DNA from: Flectonema sp. DT1601
Taxonomy: Eukaryota
Reading direction: 5' to 3'
Assembly (NCBI GenBank): GCA_964019425.1
Contig: OZ025788.1
Coordinates: forward strand, 744,001 to 808,000
DNA: 64,000 nucleotides
The position numbers and the translations under genes are program-made. Below, one piece after another: positions 34,188 to 47,054 of the stretch. Position 1 is the first letter of the stretch, and the number at the start of each line of letters is the position of its first letter. The notes under the pieces are model-generated. The model made no database searches and had not been told where the DNA came from. It worked only from the letters and a program-made list of their open reading frames with translations.

Positions 34188-35576
34188 AATTTTGTCGTCT
34201 TCTGAAGTAATTTAAATTTAAGTAAAAAACATATCTGTTAATTTAAACTGAATTTCGCAATGCTAATATAAATTTGGTTGGCTGTGATAAGAATGAACGT
34301 CAATAAGAAAAAAAAAAAAAAAAACAATAAAAAAAACAAAAAAAAACAAAGAACTCTGAAATCCGATAACAATTTAAGAAGAATTAACAACTGCAACAGC
34401 TACGTAAAGGTACATCCCCAAAATACATGAAGTAGAGTAAGCGGGTGGGGGGGAAAACAACTTTTTAACAGATTCTTTGCAATTGAATTTTCAAATTAAA
34501 TAAATATTATCTCTTATAGTCATGATTTTATTTTTTTACTTCCCCTCATCCCCCTCCCCCGTGCGTTCAACGAAATAAAGGCTAATCTGAAAGGTTTTTT
34601 TCATAGAATCCCATTATGGCGCAGGAAAATTATCGCTTACGAAGACTATGTATATCACAAGAAGGTGTTTTGCGCGTAGTCAGCAGGTCAACACTCTTGG
34701 AGATTATTTTCGGACTTAACTTAATTATGGGATGAGAATGATAAAGAAAAAAGACAGTGAACAGAAGCTATACTAACATATCTAATAAATAACTCGTTTT
34801 TTTAAATTCGCACGTCGTAAAGCTTAGAGATATAAAAGCAGAACATAGTGGGGGGTGGTAACCACTGACTACGGGAAAGGGTGAAACCTTTTTTACGTAT
34901 TAAAAACAAAATTAATATCAAGTACTTGACTGAAAAAAGTTTGTAGTTGTTAGGGGGGGGGGGGTTCAACAGAAGACGATAATTTATATTAATATGAAAC
35001 TTTGTTTTTGTTTTTTTCTTTTTTTTCTTTCTTTTTTTTTTTTTTTCTTCAACACGTTTCAATCCTTCGTCAGTTCCACACCAATACCAGTGTTCAACAT
35101 GTACTGAACGAAAACGATTCATTAGTCAGAATATCAGCAGTACGTTAACAACCCTTCTGGACACGTAACCAGCGGAGGGGATACCAACGCATCGCAAGAA
35201 CAAATAACTCCTCACAGCTTTGATAGATAATTTTGTGATATTTCGTTGGGTTTTTTTTCTTTTTTTTTCCCCCCTTCTTATTTTGATTATCAAGAATAAG
35301 AAAAGGGAGGAGGAAAGAAAAAACCCACACACACACACAACACACACAAGCACTAATGGCTAACAAAAACAATAATAATAATATATTGCTGATCTCTTTG
35401 ACTGAGATACACACAATACGATTAGATACCTCGCACGGCACACGAAAAGCTGTAAACAGGCGAGCAAAGTAATGCTTCACCTGGCTTGAAATATCACCCC
35501 ACAAAAACTACACAAATTGTTACATCACGTTAAGTTTTGATCGATAACTGAGTTACGAGATTTTTCCGTTGAACTG

Positions 35577-35611
<35 letters not shown>

Positions 35612-36248
35612 TGTTGTGAATCAGGTCTACTTGTTGCATAGAAACGCATCCATCATCAAGAGCACCCGTTCTAAAATTAGAAATAATTCCTCATCTTAGA
35701 ATGCTGGGGAGAACAAAGAGTTTTTTTTTATATAATACAGTGAGTTAAATCATTTTATAAGAATGTATAGACTAATTACACGACATTCTCTCTGAGGGTA
35801 TACCGTACTGCTACCAAATATCAAAACACACCAATTTATGTACAAGGCACAACTTATGGTAGTTGCTGACATTCTGTTTGCCAGTTTTACCTCATCTCAC
35901 AGAAAGAGGAAAAAAAAAAAAAAAAAAAAAAAATTAGCAAGCGCCATGCTGGCAAGCGATGCCGTGCAAAAAAAGTTTTAAAAAAAAAAAATTAAAAAAA
36001 AAAACCACATAAAAACGTTTGATAATTGAATAAATTAATAATAAAATATTCTAATTGTAATTTATTGAGCGAAATTATCTAACGAGGCTCAGAACGAAAA
36101 TAACGGTCTGTGATAATAATACAGCTGACCATCAAATTTTGACGCAGCACTCCATTCCGCGACATAAACACCTCCCATATATGTGAGACAGTTCATATTA
36201 GCTGGAAGAGAAAAGAACAAGCCGTAGCTGTTGTACACAATTACACAA

Positions 36249-39200
36249 CTAGTGGTCAGCTTGACGAGATGATGTGAATGAAGAAGTTCTGACTCCAGTA
36301 CTTGCAAATGAAGAGAAAGAAGAAGTATTCTGATTCCCATTATTATTAATAGGAAGTGTTAATGCTCTCGGTAAGTGTGAACCTTGAGTCACCCACGATA
36401 TTCTTGTACCAACTGTAAACCTGGCAGCAACATCAGGATGAGGAGGAAACACAAACGTTTTTGGAAATAAACGAATTGCCAGAACAACAAGCATTGCTAC
36501 ACCGACAACACCCGAAAGTAAGAGAGCTTTTTGATCAGTAATCGTATCAGAGGTATTGCGTGCGATAATTGATACACAGAAAGCCCATAACGATACTCCC
36601 CAGCTTGCTATATGAGTGCCTTCAGCGATTGGTGATATAAACGGACGCGTTACAATCAGCCAACAAATCCCACAAACGATCGTAATCTGAGAAAGTATAA
36701 CCCACGTCCAGTATCCATGATCCTTTCCCTGTGTTAGCCCCTCAACAATACAGATAACAAAAACAAGTAACTTATCAACCGAGCAATGCCTTGCTCCATG
36801 TAACATAAATAATTCAGGTTGCAGATCTCTCAAAAGCGTGTGAGCTATCGACGCTGTTGGTAAAAACATCAACATCGCAGCACTCGCGATAACTTGTCTC
36901 GGGTGTGGCTGTTTTGTTAGCTATTTTTTTCACTACGAAACTTACTCTAAGAAGGACCTCTTCCCACAGTCCATTCTTAGTACATACGGGGATTTTCTGA
37001 ACCAGAGAGAACCTCTAACAATATATCTTTGGTGATATGACAATGCACCTATGAAGAAAACAATCCAACAGTACTACAAAAATGAATGAATGGACGAGAC
37101 GACATCTACAATATGTTACTCGATAAAAATATTGGTCATGCCACGGCAACACGCGAATCTCGGAAGCAAAAGTACAATCACCATCAATCGATAGAGCAAA
37201 GTTCACAGTAATGCGGGAGATGGCGAAAACTAAGTCGCGGAAAGAAACAATGAAAGAAATGGACAGCATCTGCAACGAGCGCGCGCAATTACATCGAAAA
37301 CACGCAACTTGCTCGCTGGTCATATACCCTTTTGGCCGAAGGGCCCAAGGTTTGATACCTAACACTGTTGAGTGTATCAATTCGGTGAAGTTCGCAAGAG
37401 CAGCTTGCTGACTCTGATCTAGGATACCTGCTTCCGCTAACCCTGTTGCCAAGTCACCAGTCCCCACGGATACGAGAGGAGGTAGCAGATGTCTCGCTGT
37501 AGTCAGTGCGTAAACGAACGCTGAGACAAACAGAATAATTTAGATCTCCTTTGTTAATTTAAAGCCCGAGTGCTATAATTTAAATTAGAGTCATTGTTTT
37601 CCTCCATTGCTTTCCTTTTGTGATTGAGTGACAACCACACCAGTTCTTGACTTCTTTTTATTTTTTTTACAAAGAGTAAATCAAATTCCGTTATAATAAA
37701 ATAACATACGCGTTGTCCGTTTTGCTCGCTACACAATTTTAATATCAATGTTCTTATAATTGGTATAAAGGCAAGCTGTGTGAAGAACACTACGAAAGGA
37801 ACGCAGCTCTCTTTCATTCTGTTTTTTTGTGTTTGTTGACCCTAGCCTTTATCTCCAAGGTTTCAAAACAAGTGGAGTCTAATAATAAAATTATCTGCCA
37901 AAGCAGGTTCCACGGTTGGGAAATTGCGACTCACTACTCCAAGAAGAATGCTAAAATGAACACAAGCTCTCGATGTCGTGTATTGGAACATGTGGGCGGA
38001 ACGAACAGTAAACGAGAACAATATAAAATTTAGTTCTATGAATAAAACAGTGGAGGAAATGGAGATGAGGATGGCGATGATACTATCGCAACAACATAGC
38101 GCATTAAGAGTATGTTGACAGCACAGACCTAACCAAACTATGAGGATAAGTAGGCAGAACCCACCATAACTTGTCTGCTATAACCGGAGAATGTCGAGTG
38201 TGCAAATAGCAACCATTGAAGCCAATGAATGCTTTCAAAAATAGCTTTTATGAAACAGTTACAGCCAGGATTCCTGGGATTCACCCTAATCCGTTTGTTT
38301 GTTTGTCACCGATATAACTGTAAAGAACTTCGTACATTATTATAAGAAAACACTACATACCTTCGAGTAGCAAGCGTCTTAGGACAACGAGACACATAAA
38401 TAACAGCAACAAAGAACACTAAATAATACAACACAGCCATACCAACAGCTATGAAAAATGCAATGTCATCATCGTAGTTTAATAGAATTGGATTTAAGAA
38501 AGTTGGATTCCAACCTGATCGATCAGAGAGCAGTATAGCAGCAGTAATTTGAACACACCTAACTAAGGGATACAGAAGTGAGAAAATGCATCCTATTCTT
38601 GATATTTTTGGGACTTCTTCAACAGCTCTCGGAGGTGTTGGATCCCCGTATAAGTGATTATCTATTACGTCAACAATAAAAAGAGGAATCCACATCACTA
38701 AATGCAAACTAACCGACCATTGCACTCCAGTAGACGTAATCACTTCAAACAGATATGGAAACGAAAACTGAATTATTGCATAAAATACCGCCAATACCCA
38801 ACTCAGCTTTGATCTCCGATGCCCCACCTCACTAGTAGGACGTTGCAATCTCAACGCTTCAAGCTGTATAGAAACAGTTGCAGGCAATGCAACAATAATA
38901 TAAAATGGAGATAATAATAATGTCGGTATTAAATGATATGGTTTAGCTTTGTTTAAATCGAAAAATGGCAACAGAGGAAAGAGTTTCTTCGATTCTGATG
39001 TGTACAAGACTCCGAAGATAGCATCGCCATGCCAGAGGTCTCCAACTTTTGTAGATGAATAGACAGCATTCCATTCGATTTCGTTGTCTTCAGGAATAAA
39101 TTGTGCGACTGACCAATATGTTTGTGGTGGATCTTCTGAGTCGTGTTTTCGTTTGAATGTGTTATTAAGAATAGAAACAAACTTACCAACATCAATACGA

Positions 39201-39577
39201 GGATCAACTAAGAAATATCTCATTGAATTGGGTTGACCAACAGCTTGAGGTAACTGATCATCGTACTCAACAATAACTGGAACTGATACTACTCCTCTGT
39301 AGTAGGTATCTTTTAATTGATCAACTACACACTCGTCAAGTCTTTTTAATGAGTTTGATCTCCAGTAGATCGCTGGTAGTCTTCCGGCTTCAGGATTTGG
39401 AGAATCTCCGTCTCTTAAAAGGTGATGCCGCTCTTCATCTTCCCAATTCCTTTTTGAATATCCGTTTACACTTGGAGTCGTACTGAACCAATCTGATCCA
39501 CTACCTCCAGAAGGAGGAATCGATATACACGGCACTTGAATTAAACCAGCCTGTTGGACTCCCCCGTCGCCGCTCAT
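36249..39577 (-). CDS. Multi-pass membrane protein, probably multi-exon; 3' part fragmented and exon structure unresolved
   Basis: Exon 1 is 39577-38361 with several TM helices. Intron 38360-38286 (GTATGT...TTAG) restores frame into VNPRNPGCNCFIKAIFESIHWLQWLLF. Further TM-like patches lie at 37554-37817, 37015-37530 and 36249-36908, with a GTAAGT...CTAACAAAACAG intron near 36945-36909. Confidence 0.55.
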
Positions 39578-40192
39578 ATTTTGTTACAAATGATGGATGC
39601 CTCCAGCATTATGATCTGATGAGATGAAGTTATGTAGTGAGTTGCTTTGTGTCTTTTTATTAAGCTGAGTTGTCAACATGTACCTTCTCCTTACTGATAA
39701 ATAAAATACCAACACATAGTACTTTAAATAAGAAAGGGATACCTATGTCCCAAGTCACTAATAACATAAAACCGTAAAACTGACACCAAGCAATAAGCCG
39801 CGGCTGAGTTATTTTTTTTTTTTTTTTTAAATTTATTTTTTCTCAGAAAAGAAAAAATAATAAAGAAAATGTGATCTTCCTGATGAATACAATAATAAGA
39901 GAACAGTGCACCAATAATGGTCCAGCTGCTCTGATAAGCAACCCGCCTACAGATGCTGAGTTGCGGTTTCGAGAGAGCAAAAGAACAAAAGAAAAGAAAT
40001 ACTGTAATTCACTCCACCTCGATTGCGGTAGCAAAGAGGAACTTCACGATTAACAACACAACGGAGGACCAAGAAGTATCTCAGTAACTAAAGGGCGTGT
40101 AAATACAAAACAGAACAAATATACTTCAGCTGTTCAAACAACCAATCCAAACAAAATTCACAGAGAGGAAAAACTAACCAGTAAATGATTTG

Positions 40193-43100
40193 TTAGTTTG
40201 ATTGCTGTACCAAAACACCAGGTTCTTGCTTCCATTTATCAGCAAGAACAGGGTTAGATGTCTTAGCGTAAGGAGAGGCTGAATGAAGAGACGCTAATGG
40301 AGTAATTGGTTTTACTGGAGGATCTTTTAATTGTAAAATGACAATTGTACAAGAAGAGGTTTCTAGTTTACAAATATCAAGAAGTGATATTCCAATTTGT
40401 TGTGAAGGAACGGTGTCAATTCTGCTCTTCACGAATGCAATAACTTCTTCATAAGTTAGACTTTTCCATAAATTAAGACTCGCTACTATTAAAAAAGAAT
40501 CCGTTTCAGGTGATAGATCAACAAAAGTAGCTTCTGGCCGAAGCCTTCCATCCGGACCTCTTGCAGACGAAGAAGTTAAGAGCAAAGCAGCTCCATTCCG
40601 GCATAAGACTGCTTTACTACTTCCCATGTGCCCACAGATAAATCGTAACGGAGTTAAAAAATAAACAATACACGGCAGTGACGAACTACAATGAGATAGA
40701 GTCTGCAACATTACATCGATCGCTGCTTTGGAAGGCTCCCAAGGCTTTTTTAAGATTTCAGCTCTTTGTGATTCGGGTATCCTTTTCTCTGTTAGCATAA
40801 TGATTGATCTATTTAAATTATCAGTGAGCTCCATGAATAATAAATCTTCGTTTGTAAACACAGCAGCTGATGCAGATCGAACTTCTTGTGTGTAAATCTT
40901 AAATCTCCCACTAGAACGTCGTCTTAATAAAGGTGACTTACATTCACCTGATGATGGACTCATAGGAAGTACATAGGGATCTCCTACAGATGATCTATCT
41001 CGACGTTTTCTACCTCGATCACGATCCCTGCTGTCAGACTGATCTTCATCTTTATAAGAACCTGACAAGTCACTCATTGATGTCATTGGACTCTTACTCT
41101 CTTTTGAATGCCTTGATCGGCTCCTCATTCCGACAAGTTTACCTGGAACGTTACCATCATACATCGTTATCAGTGCGCTGTTATTGTATTGGGTTTTTAT
41201 ATTACGGTAATATTATTGGGGTAAAAATAGCAGCTATGTTGTTACTTCGTTCTCCTTTCGCCTCAACCCACAACAATTGTTCCTAAAAAGCAATAAAAAA
41301 TACAAACGTTCTCAGCAGTGCTTCGGTGTTGGGTCGTTTCTCAGGGTCGCGTAGAGTGCAGGAGTCGAATATGTCCCTAGCACATCGTGGAATATCCTCT
41401 GTTAGTATTAGTGTTTGATGAATAATTTAAAAAGTATCTATTTTTGTTATAAAACAATTCAAACCTGTTATCGTTGGCGCAAAATCCTCTTCGCTCCCCA
41501 ACTGAAACAGAAACCGGTGAGGCATGAACGGTTTCCCATCAGTGAATACGTAAGGAACCGTACCGATAATAAGTTGAGCTAATGTGATTCCGACTCCCCA
41601 GATGTCAGAGGCGTATCCTGCATGGCCACGTGCAGCTTCAGGAGCCATGTAGAGAGGGGTTCCCTGTTAGGATTTTATTATTTTTTATCAATTACCACAA
41701 CAGTAAACAGGTGCAAACAACAAACCTGAACATTTGCGATGCCCGTGACCTTAGCAAGCTGCTGTGATGCTCCAAAGTCAGACAGCTTCGCCTGACCATC
41801 AATATGAAGAAGAACATTATGAGGTTTTACATCTCTGTGAACGATGCTATTGTCGTGAAGGAACTTAAGTCCTCGTAGTATATCAACCAAGTACCTACTA
41901 ATACATGAAAGCGGGAGGGATCCATAGTACTCGAGTAGGGTGATGAGTGAACCACCAGCTAAGAACTCCATACAAATAACAATATACAATCCCGACACCT
42001 GACTAGCTAAATATGCAACAATATTATCGTGACGTAGTTTGGTTAGTAGTTCCACTTCATTTACTAATTCTTCAGTTGCTGCTTCTTGAGAACTCGGAGG
42101 AGCTGCGTCAACATTTCCCTGCTGAGCTGCAAGTTTTCGTCGTCTGTGAGCGTGCTTAGAATTCGCAACGCTGTTCTTCGGAGGAAGTTTTAATATTTTC
42201 ATCGCAACTAAACTCCCGTGTTCACTCATTCCTTTATACACTTCTCCAAAGGCACCAGTTCCAAGTAGTTTACCACTTCGTGACCATTTCACACCTTTTC
42301 TGTCCACAAACTCTTGTTGAAGAGAACCAACTTGAAGTTGCAAGTCACTCTTTCGTGCATCAATAATGTCCTGCTTGAGGCGATTTGCTTCTTCTGCTTT
42401 GTTTTCGGCTGCTCTTCTGGCGACTGCCATAATTTTATTTCCGGCTTCTTGGATTTTTCCAATCCTTTTATTTTCAGTAACCAGATCACTGTTATAGGGA
42501 GTGTCTCCTGTCGTGTTGTCCTGTTGACTAGCATGCCGAGCGTTGACCGAAGGTGAAAACGGAGGCCGCACTGGTTCAACGGATGAAAATGTTTCCTTAC
42601 ACGCAAATCTCTCATAGTCTTCCCAACCTCGATCATTTCTCAAAAATGGAGAGACAGGTACTTGGGTTAAGATATCTCCACTCAAAAACAACTGACATAT
42701 TCTAGCAATACGAAACGCTTGATAGTCAGTTGGGAACTTAACCAGTTGTAAGGTCATGTGTTCAACACATTTTGAGAAATCACGATTTCTAAAACAATTA
42801 AAACCATTTTCATAATGTTTTGAAGTGTATTGTTTCTTTGATCCCTCGTCCCCAGATTTACAACAGCGAACCATTTCGTAGACAGAATTAGCCTTTCCGA
42901 TACACTCATCTGATAAGGGATCTCGAGGTCCTTGAATGACGTCAACTATTCGACAGATGAACGAGTCAGCGCAGGCATCCTTTACTAATTCATTACAAAG
43001 GATACGACATCGATTCCTTTCAGAAAGTCTGATAAAATCATTAGCTAACGAAACAGTTTCTCCACACACAACCGGAGCACGTTGATCTGGAATCCCCGAG

Positions 43101-44635
43101 AGACCAGCAAAGGTAGTACCAGAAGTAACCGCCATCGACCACATTGCTTGATTTCCAATCATATCCTCAAACACATCTCTAATATAAATAGCTGCGTGTG
43201 ATGCTCTTAAAGCGTGATATGGTTGATCATCGTGGCTATTCCATGAGACTATGATATTATTTGCGGTTATAACAATCGGTACACCGTCGTAGTCTTTTAT
43301 TCTGCTTAAGACTATTTCTGATACAACGTGAGCTATTTCCATATGTTCATCAAGGATAGCAGTATTGTTCATAAGTATGTGGGCATCGACTACTAAAATG
43401 GTTGCTTTCTTTGCGCGGATGCCTCCGTTTGAACGTTTGACTTGTCGTTTATTACATCTTCGTTTATTCTCACCTTCAAGCAGGTCAGCGATACCGAGAG
43501 TTTCGGATAGTTTTCGTGCGCTACCTCTACGAGGAGGAGCAGGACTACCTAGTTGAGAACATTCAACCATGTCTGAACTTCCCTGTTCACTGCTGTGTTC
43601 ATTCTCCCGAACATCTTCAAAGAAAGACGACTCAGAATAAGTAGTCGGCTGACTATCAGACTTCGGACTGTCAATAGGATTTATTTGTTCGCTGTTTTTC
43701 TTCTCAGCGATTCTTATTGGAGGAACTTTGCTTAATACAGCACTCGGTACGAAGCTTATTATCTCTATGGTCCACGATACTAATTCTGAGTACATAATTT
43801 GTAATTTAAATATTTCAGATACACACGAAGGATTATATAAATACAACTCTATATCTCTCTCAGGATCAATTAGATTACAATGTCTACTCATATGTCTAAT
43901 CAGCTCTGAGTGTCGATGAAAAAACAAAATAGCCAACGTCACTCCCGCAAAACAAATCGACCAACTTGTCAATATAAAACCAGTCGACAACAGGTCTGAA
44001 TTGCCATCTGCGATAACTGCTATTCCAACAGAGAGGAATTTAGATATTAAAACAACACTTTTATAAGGTAATCGATCACTTACTAATTGGTTTTCATAAT
44101 TCGATGTATTATATAAAAACACAACAGAGTCATCCAAACCAGAAGTCCAATACGAAACGTTTGATATTTCAGCAATGGTTACAAGTCCGCCACGACGATA
44201 ATAAATTGATGATGGTCCCCAGAGAGGTCGTTCTCTTAACTGTCCCAAATATCTAAAATGATATGTTGGAAGTGGTTTAGTAGTATACGTTGGATCCCAT
44301 TGTGGATATGAGCATTGCTGTACGATTTGATGCGAAGTTAAATTAAATATATTAACAGAGATTATACCTTTTGGATTAAAAGGATCTCTTTGAATTGGAT
44401 AGCAAGCAGCATTCTTAACAGCACCTGTGACTACAACAGATTCCCATATTCGTATTGTTTGCATCACTGCGGACTTTGCAGCGAATAGTCTTTCTTGTGT
44501 TAGTAACTCTAACGATCTGGTGTTTAAATTTTCATACTCTGGCTGCAACCAAATAAACAACAATCCCATTGGTATCGATACCGTAACTAGCAGCAACACA
44601 ACAGGTGACCATAACGTAACTCGGGGAAGATGCAT
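40193..44635 (-). CDS. 4-exon receptor: 2TM sensor, degenerate adenylyl/guanylyl cyclase, MEKK-like kinase, PP2C-like domain; 1394 aa (exons 44635-41726, 41663-41465, 41398-41308, 41177-40193)
   Basis: Three GTTTG...TAACAG introns join the ORFs in frame (4185 nt). They complete the kinase: DFG...VQ|GTPLYMAPE...SDIWGVG...RDPEKRPNTEALL. The PP2C-like motifs are GHMGSSKAVLCRNG and FLIVASLNLW. Confidence 0.85.
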
Positions 44636-44875
44636 CGGCGTTTACTCCCCCCCCCTCAGGGGGGGTAGAGTAAGGTGCCTGTAGGGTAAAAGAATTCAGT
44701 ATAACAAAAAGAAAATAATCTTTTATTTCTTTGCAACTATCAAATTGTTCTATTTCCATCTGCTTCAATCAGTGTTGCTGTTAAGTAAGAAAAAAAGAAC
44801 AGATAAAGGCAAACTATTTATTATAAATTACATGAAATAAATAAATCGCATTCACCGCGACCTCTTCTCAAATTC

Positions 44876-46207
44876 TTAATCAACTCTAGGCCTCATAGGG
44901 CTGTGTTTCCTTGCTAGGAAAACAATAACGATAGTCAGTATGATCATGATGGGAATTAATCCAACACTATTCGTATTTCTGACAATAATATGACCACTTG
45001 CTTTATGCTGGTCAACTGACGAAGGAATGCCTGTGGGTGGTTGTTTCTTCACAGAAACAGTTCTGTGAGATTCTTCTTCTTCAAAAGGAACCCATCGAAG
45101 GTCACCACATTTTGAATTATCGGAACTCCATCCGGACGTTAAATTCATTCCACATTGAACTTCGTATTGCTCTCTTGTACGACGAGTTCCAAAACCGTAT
45201 TGTCCGATATCTTCCTTTTTTCCTCCAGGTAGACCAAGAAGTCCTTTTAATCTGTTGTAAGATTTGATGCTTTCACCACCACTACCACCTGCATGCCACT
45301 TCTTAGGATCTGATTGAGCTATTGTGTAATCGTGAAATAATAATGAGCGACTAGGAGCGTACACATCGTATCCGTGAGTGAATAAACGAATCGCTCGAGT
45401 GAACTCTTCTCCATCAAACACTCCCCGAGTGTTTGGATCGTGAGGGACTCGACGCTCTGCATGGCATTTGCTGAAAGAAAATCCAGCACCCCAAAAACAT
45501 GATCTAATTGGTCGTGTTAATGACTTGCCAGCTGATGCTTGTTGATTTCTTACCATTCCAAACATACCACCAACAGTTGAACACATTAAAGGAACTTCAT
45601 GCCATTTATTTATATTGCTGCCGACCTCACGAGATGACATGTCTTCAACTCTTTGTAAGTAAGTCGATAGGACAGCGTACTCGTTTTCAGCGTGAGACCA
45701 TTCCTCAATAAGACGCTGATCCCAATGTTTTGTTGGTTGTGTGTGAGCATCAACTTGAAGACAAAAGTCCTCGTCTCCAAGAAGCTCTCCACTAAATGAT
45801 CTCGCATGCATCGGACCGTGCATTGTACGAGCATCAATCTCTTTTATTCGAATTTGGTTTTTATAAGGACAGTGTCCCGGAGTTATTTCTTCCATCAGTC
45901 TGCAGTACTCTTCAAGGCATCGAATATCACCTTCTCTGTACTGCTCAATCACTCCAACACTTACTTTCTCAGGAGTTGCTGAATAAATAAAAAGTTCTGC
46001 CACAGTCCGTCCACACAACTTATCACGATAGGCAGCTATTAAAACATGGATAGTCGAGTCTTTGGGTATTATTGGTTTTGGAGGTTTCTTATCTCCGTCA
46101 TTGTAGTCAACTGGCGTCCAACGACCTCCTTTATGAACATCACCTTCACCTTGAACTGACGGAAGCAAAAACAACGACAGCAGTACAGCGACTGCTGCTG
46201 TTTTCAT
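44876..46207 (-). CDS. GT60-family polypeptide alpha-N-acetylglucosaminyltransferase (Gnt1/OGNT-like), 443 aa
   Basis: IAAYRD..C..T, GPMHAR, EDFCLQVDAH, FWGAGFSFS, VPHDP...FDGEE and RLFTHGYDVYAP. N-terminal signal and C-terminal TM helix. Confidence 0.85.
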   Translation of the reverse strand: MKTAAVAVLLSLFLLPSVQGEGDVHKGGRWTPVDYNDGDKKPPKPIIPKDSTIHVLIAAYRDKLCGRTVAELFIYSATPEKVSVGVIEQYREGDIRCLEEYCRLMEEITPGHCPYKNQIRIKEIDARTMHGPMHARSFSGELLGDEDFCLQVDAHTQPTKHWDQRLIEEWSHAENEYAVLSTYLQRVEDMSSREVGSNINKWHEVPLMCSTVGGMFGMVRNQQASAGKSLTRPIRSCFWGAGFSFSKCHAERRVPHDPNTRGVFDGEEFTRAIRLFTHGYDVYAPSRSLLFHDYTIAQSDPKKWHAGGSGGESIKSYNRLKGLLGLPGGKKEDIGQYGFGTRRTREQYEVQCGMNLTSGWSSDNSKCGDLRWVPFEEEESHRTVSVKKQPPTGIPSSVDQHKASGHIIVRNTNSVGLIPIMIILTIVIVFLARKHSPMRPRVD

Positions 46208-46520
46208 ATTCCTGTTGTGTTCTCTTTAAAATGATTGTAAAGTCTATGAAAACACTGTTAGTGGTACTCCAGTGCAAGGGTAGCATAATACAGAGTGCAG
46301 GGAAGGTGTGTAGTTATTGCCCTCCAAATAAAAAATAAAAAAGAAATGTGCATCAATGCGCATTTTATAAATAAAATACAAACGAGAAGACACCTGAGTT
46401 ACGTTTTCTTTTTTGACCGTTTTTTTTTTTTTTTTTTTTTTTGTTCCGAACAAAACTTGCGTGCATTATTAGCAAAGAATTAACTGCGCTTTTTGTTTTT
46501 TCTTCTTTTTTTCAAGAAGC

Positions 46521-47054
46521 TTACTCATTATCTTCTCCGAGGTTGTTAATAGCTTCCTCAGTAATTTTAATTCGGTTCAGTAGTGAGCCGTATTGATCTC
46601 TTTGTGGAGCTACCTTGCCGTATACTTCGTTGAATGTGTAGATTGACTTCACCCACATTGCGAGAGAGTGTCCTAATGATGAAGCTCTTTTTTGTTTCGC
46701 AAGATCAAAATCCTCGTCTTCAACAAACGGCCGAAGCTTTTCATTGTCAGCATTCTCTCTTTCGAATTCAAGCAGCTGTTTTATGAAGTTAGCATCTCTT
46801 AGAAGTTTCTTTCCGTTTTCCCAACCAGTTTCTCTGTTTAGTAACGTCAATACGGCATCAGTTGTGAGTTTAAATGCCTGCGGTGGCTTTGCAAGAGATC
46901 TTATCACAGAGATATCCTGCATCGTTATTGATCGCAGGGCATTTTCTCCTTCTTCAAGTACTGGGAGGACCTGTTCCAACTCAGCTTCGATTTCCGTTTT
47001 TAGACGATGAGCTTCCTTTTGCATCTCCTCATGATCTGAACGGAGTTGGTCCAT
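46521..47054 (-). CDS. Stand-alone dynein heavy-chain stalk / microtubule-binding domain protein, 177 aa
   Basis: ELEQVLPVLEEGENALRSI..QDISVIRSLAKPPQAFKLTTDAVLTLL...W...KKLL.DANFIKQLLEF...ASS...LAMWVKSI..F..V..KVAP matches the dynein CC1-MTBD-CC2 pattern. ATG at 47054 follows a TCAG acceptor. Confidence 0.85.
   Translation of the reverse strand: MDQLRSDHEEMQKEAHRLKTEIEAELEQVLPVLEEGENALRSITMQDISVIRSLAKPPQAFKLTTDAVLTLLNRETGWENGKKLLRDANFIKQLLEFERENADNEKLRPFVEDEDFDLAKQKRASSLGHSLAMWVKSIYTFNEVYGKVAPQRDQYGSLLNRIKITEEAINNLGEDNE

Noticed and set aside
38306..38308. TGA readthrough or recoding, since the frame continues past the stop
   Set aside because: The stop lies inside a canonical 75-nt GT-AG intron (38360-38286), and TGA ends other genes here normally.
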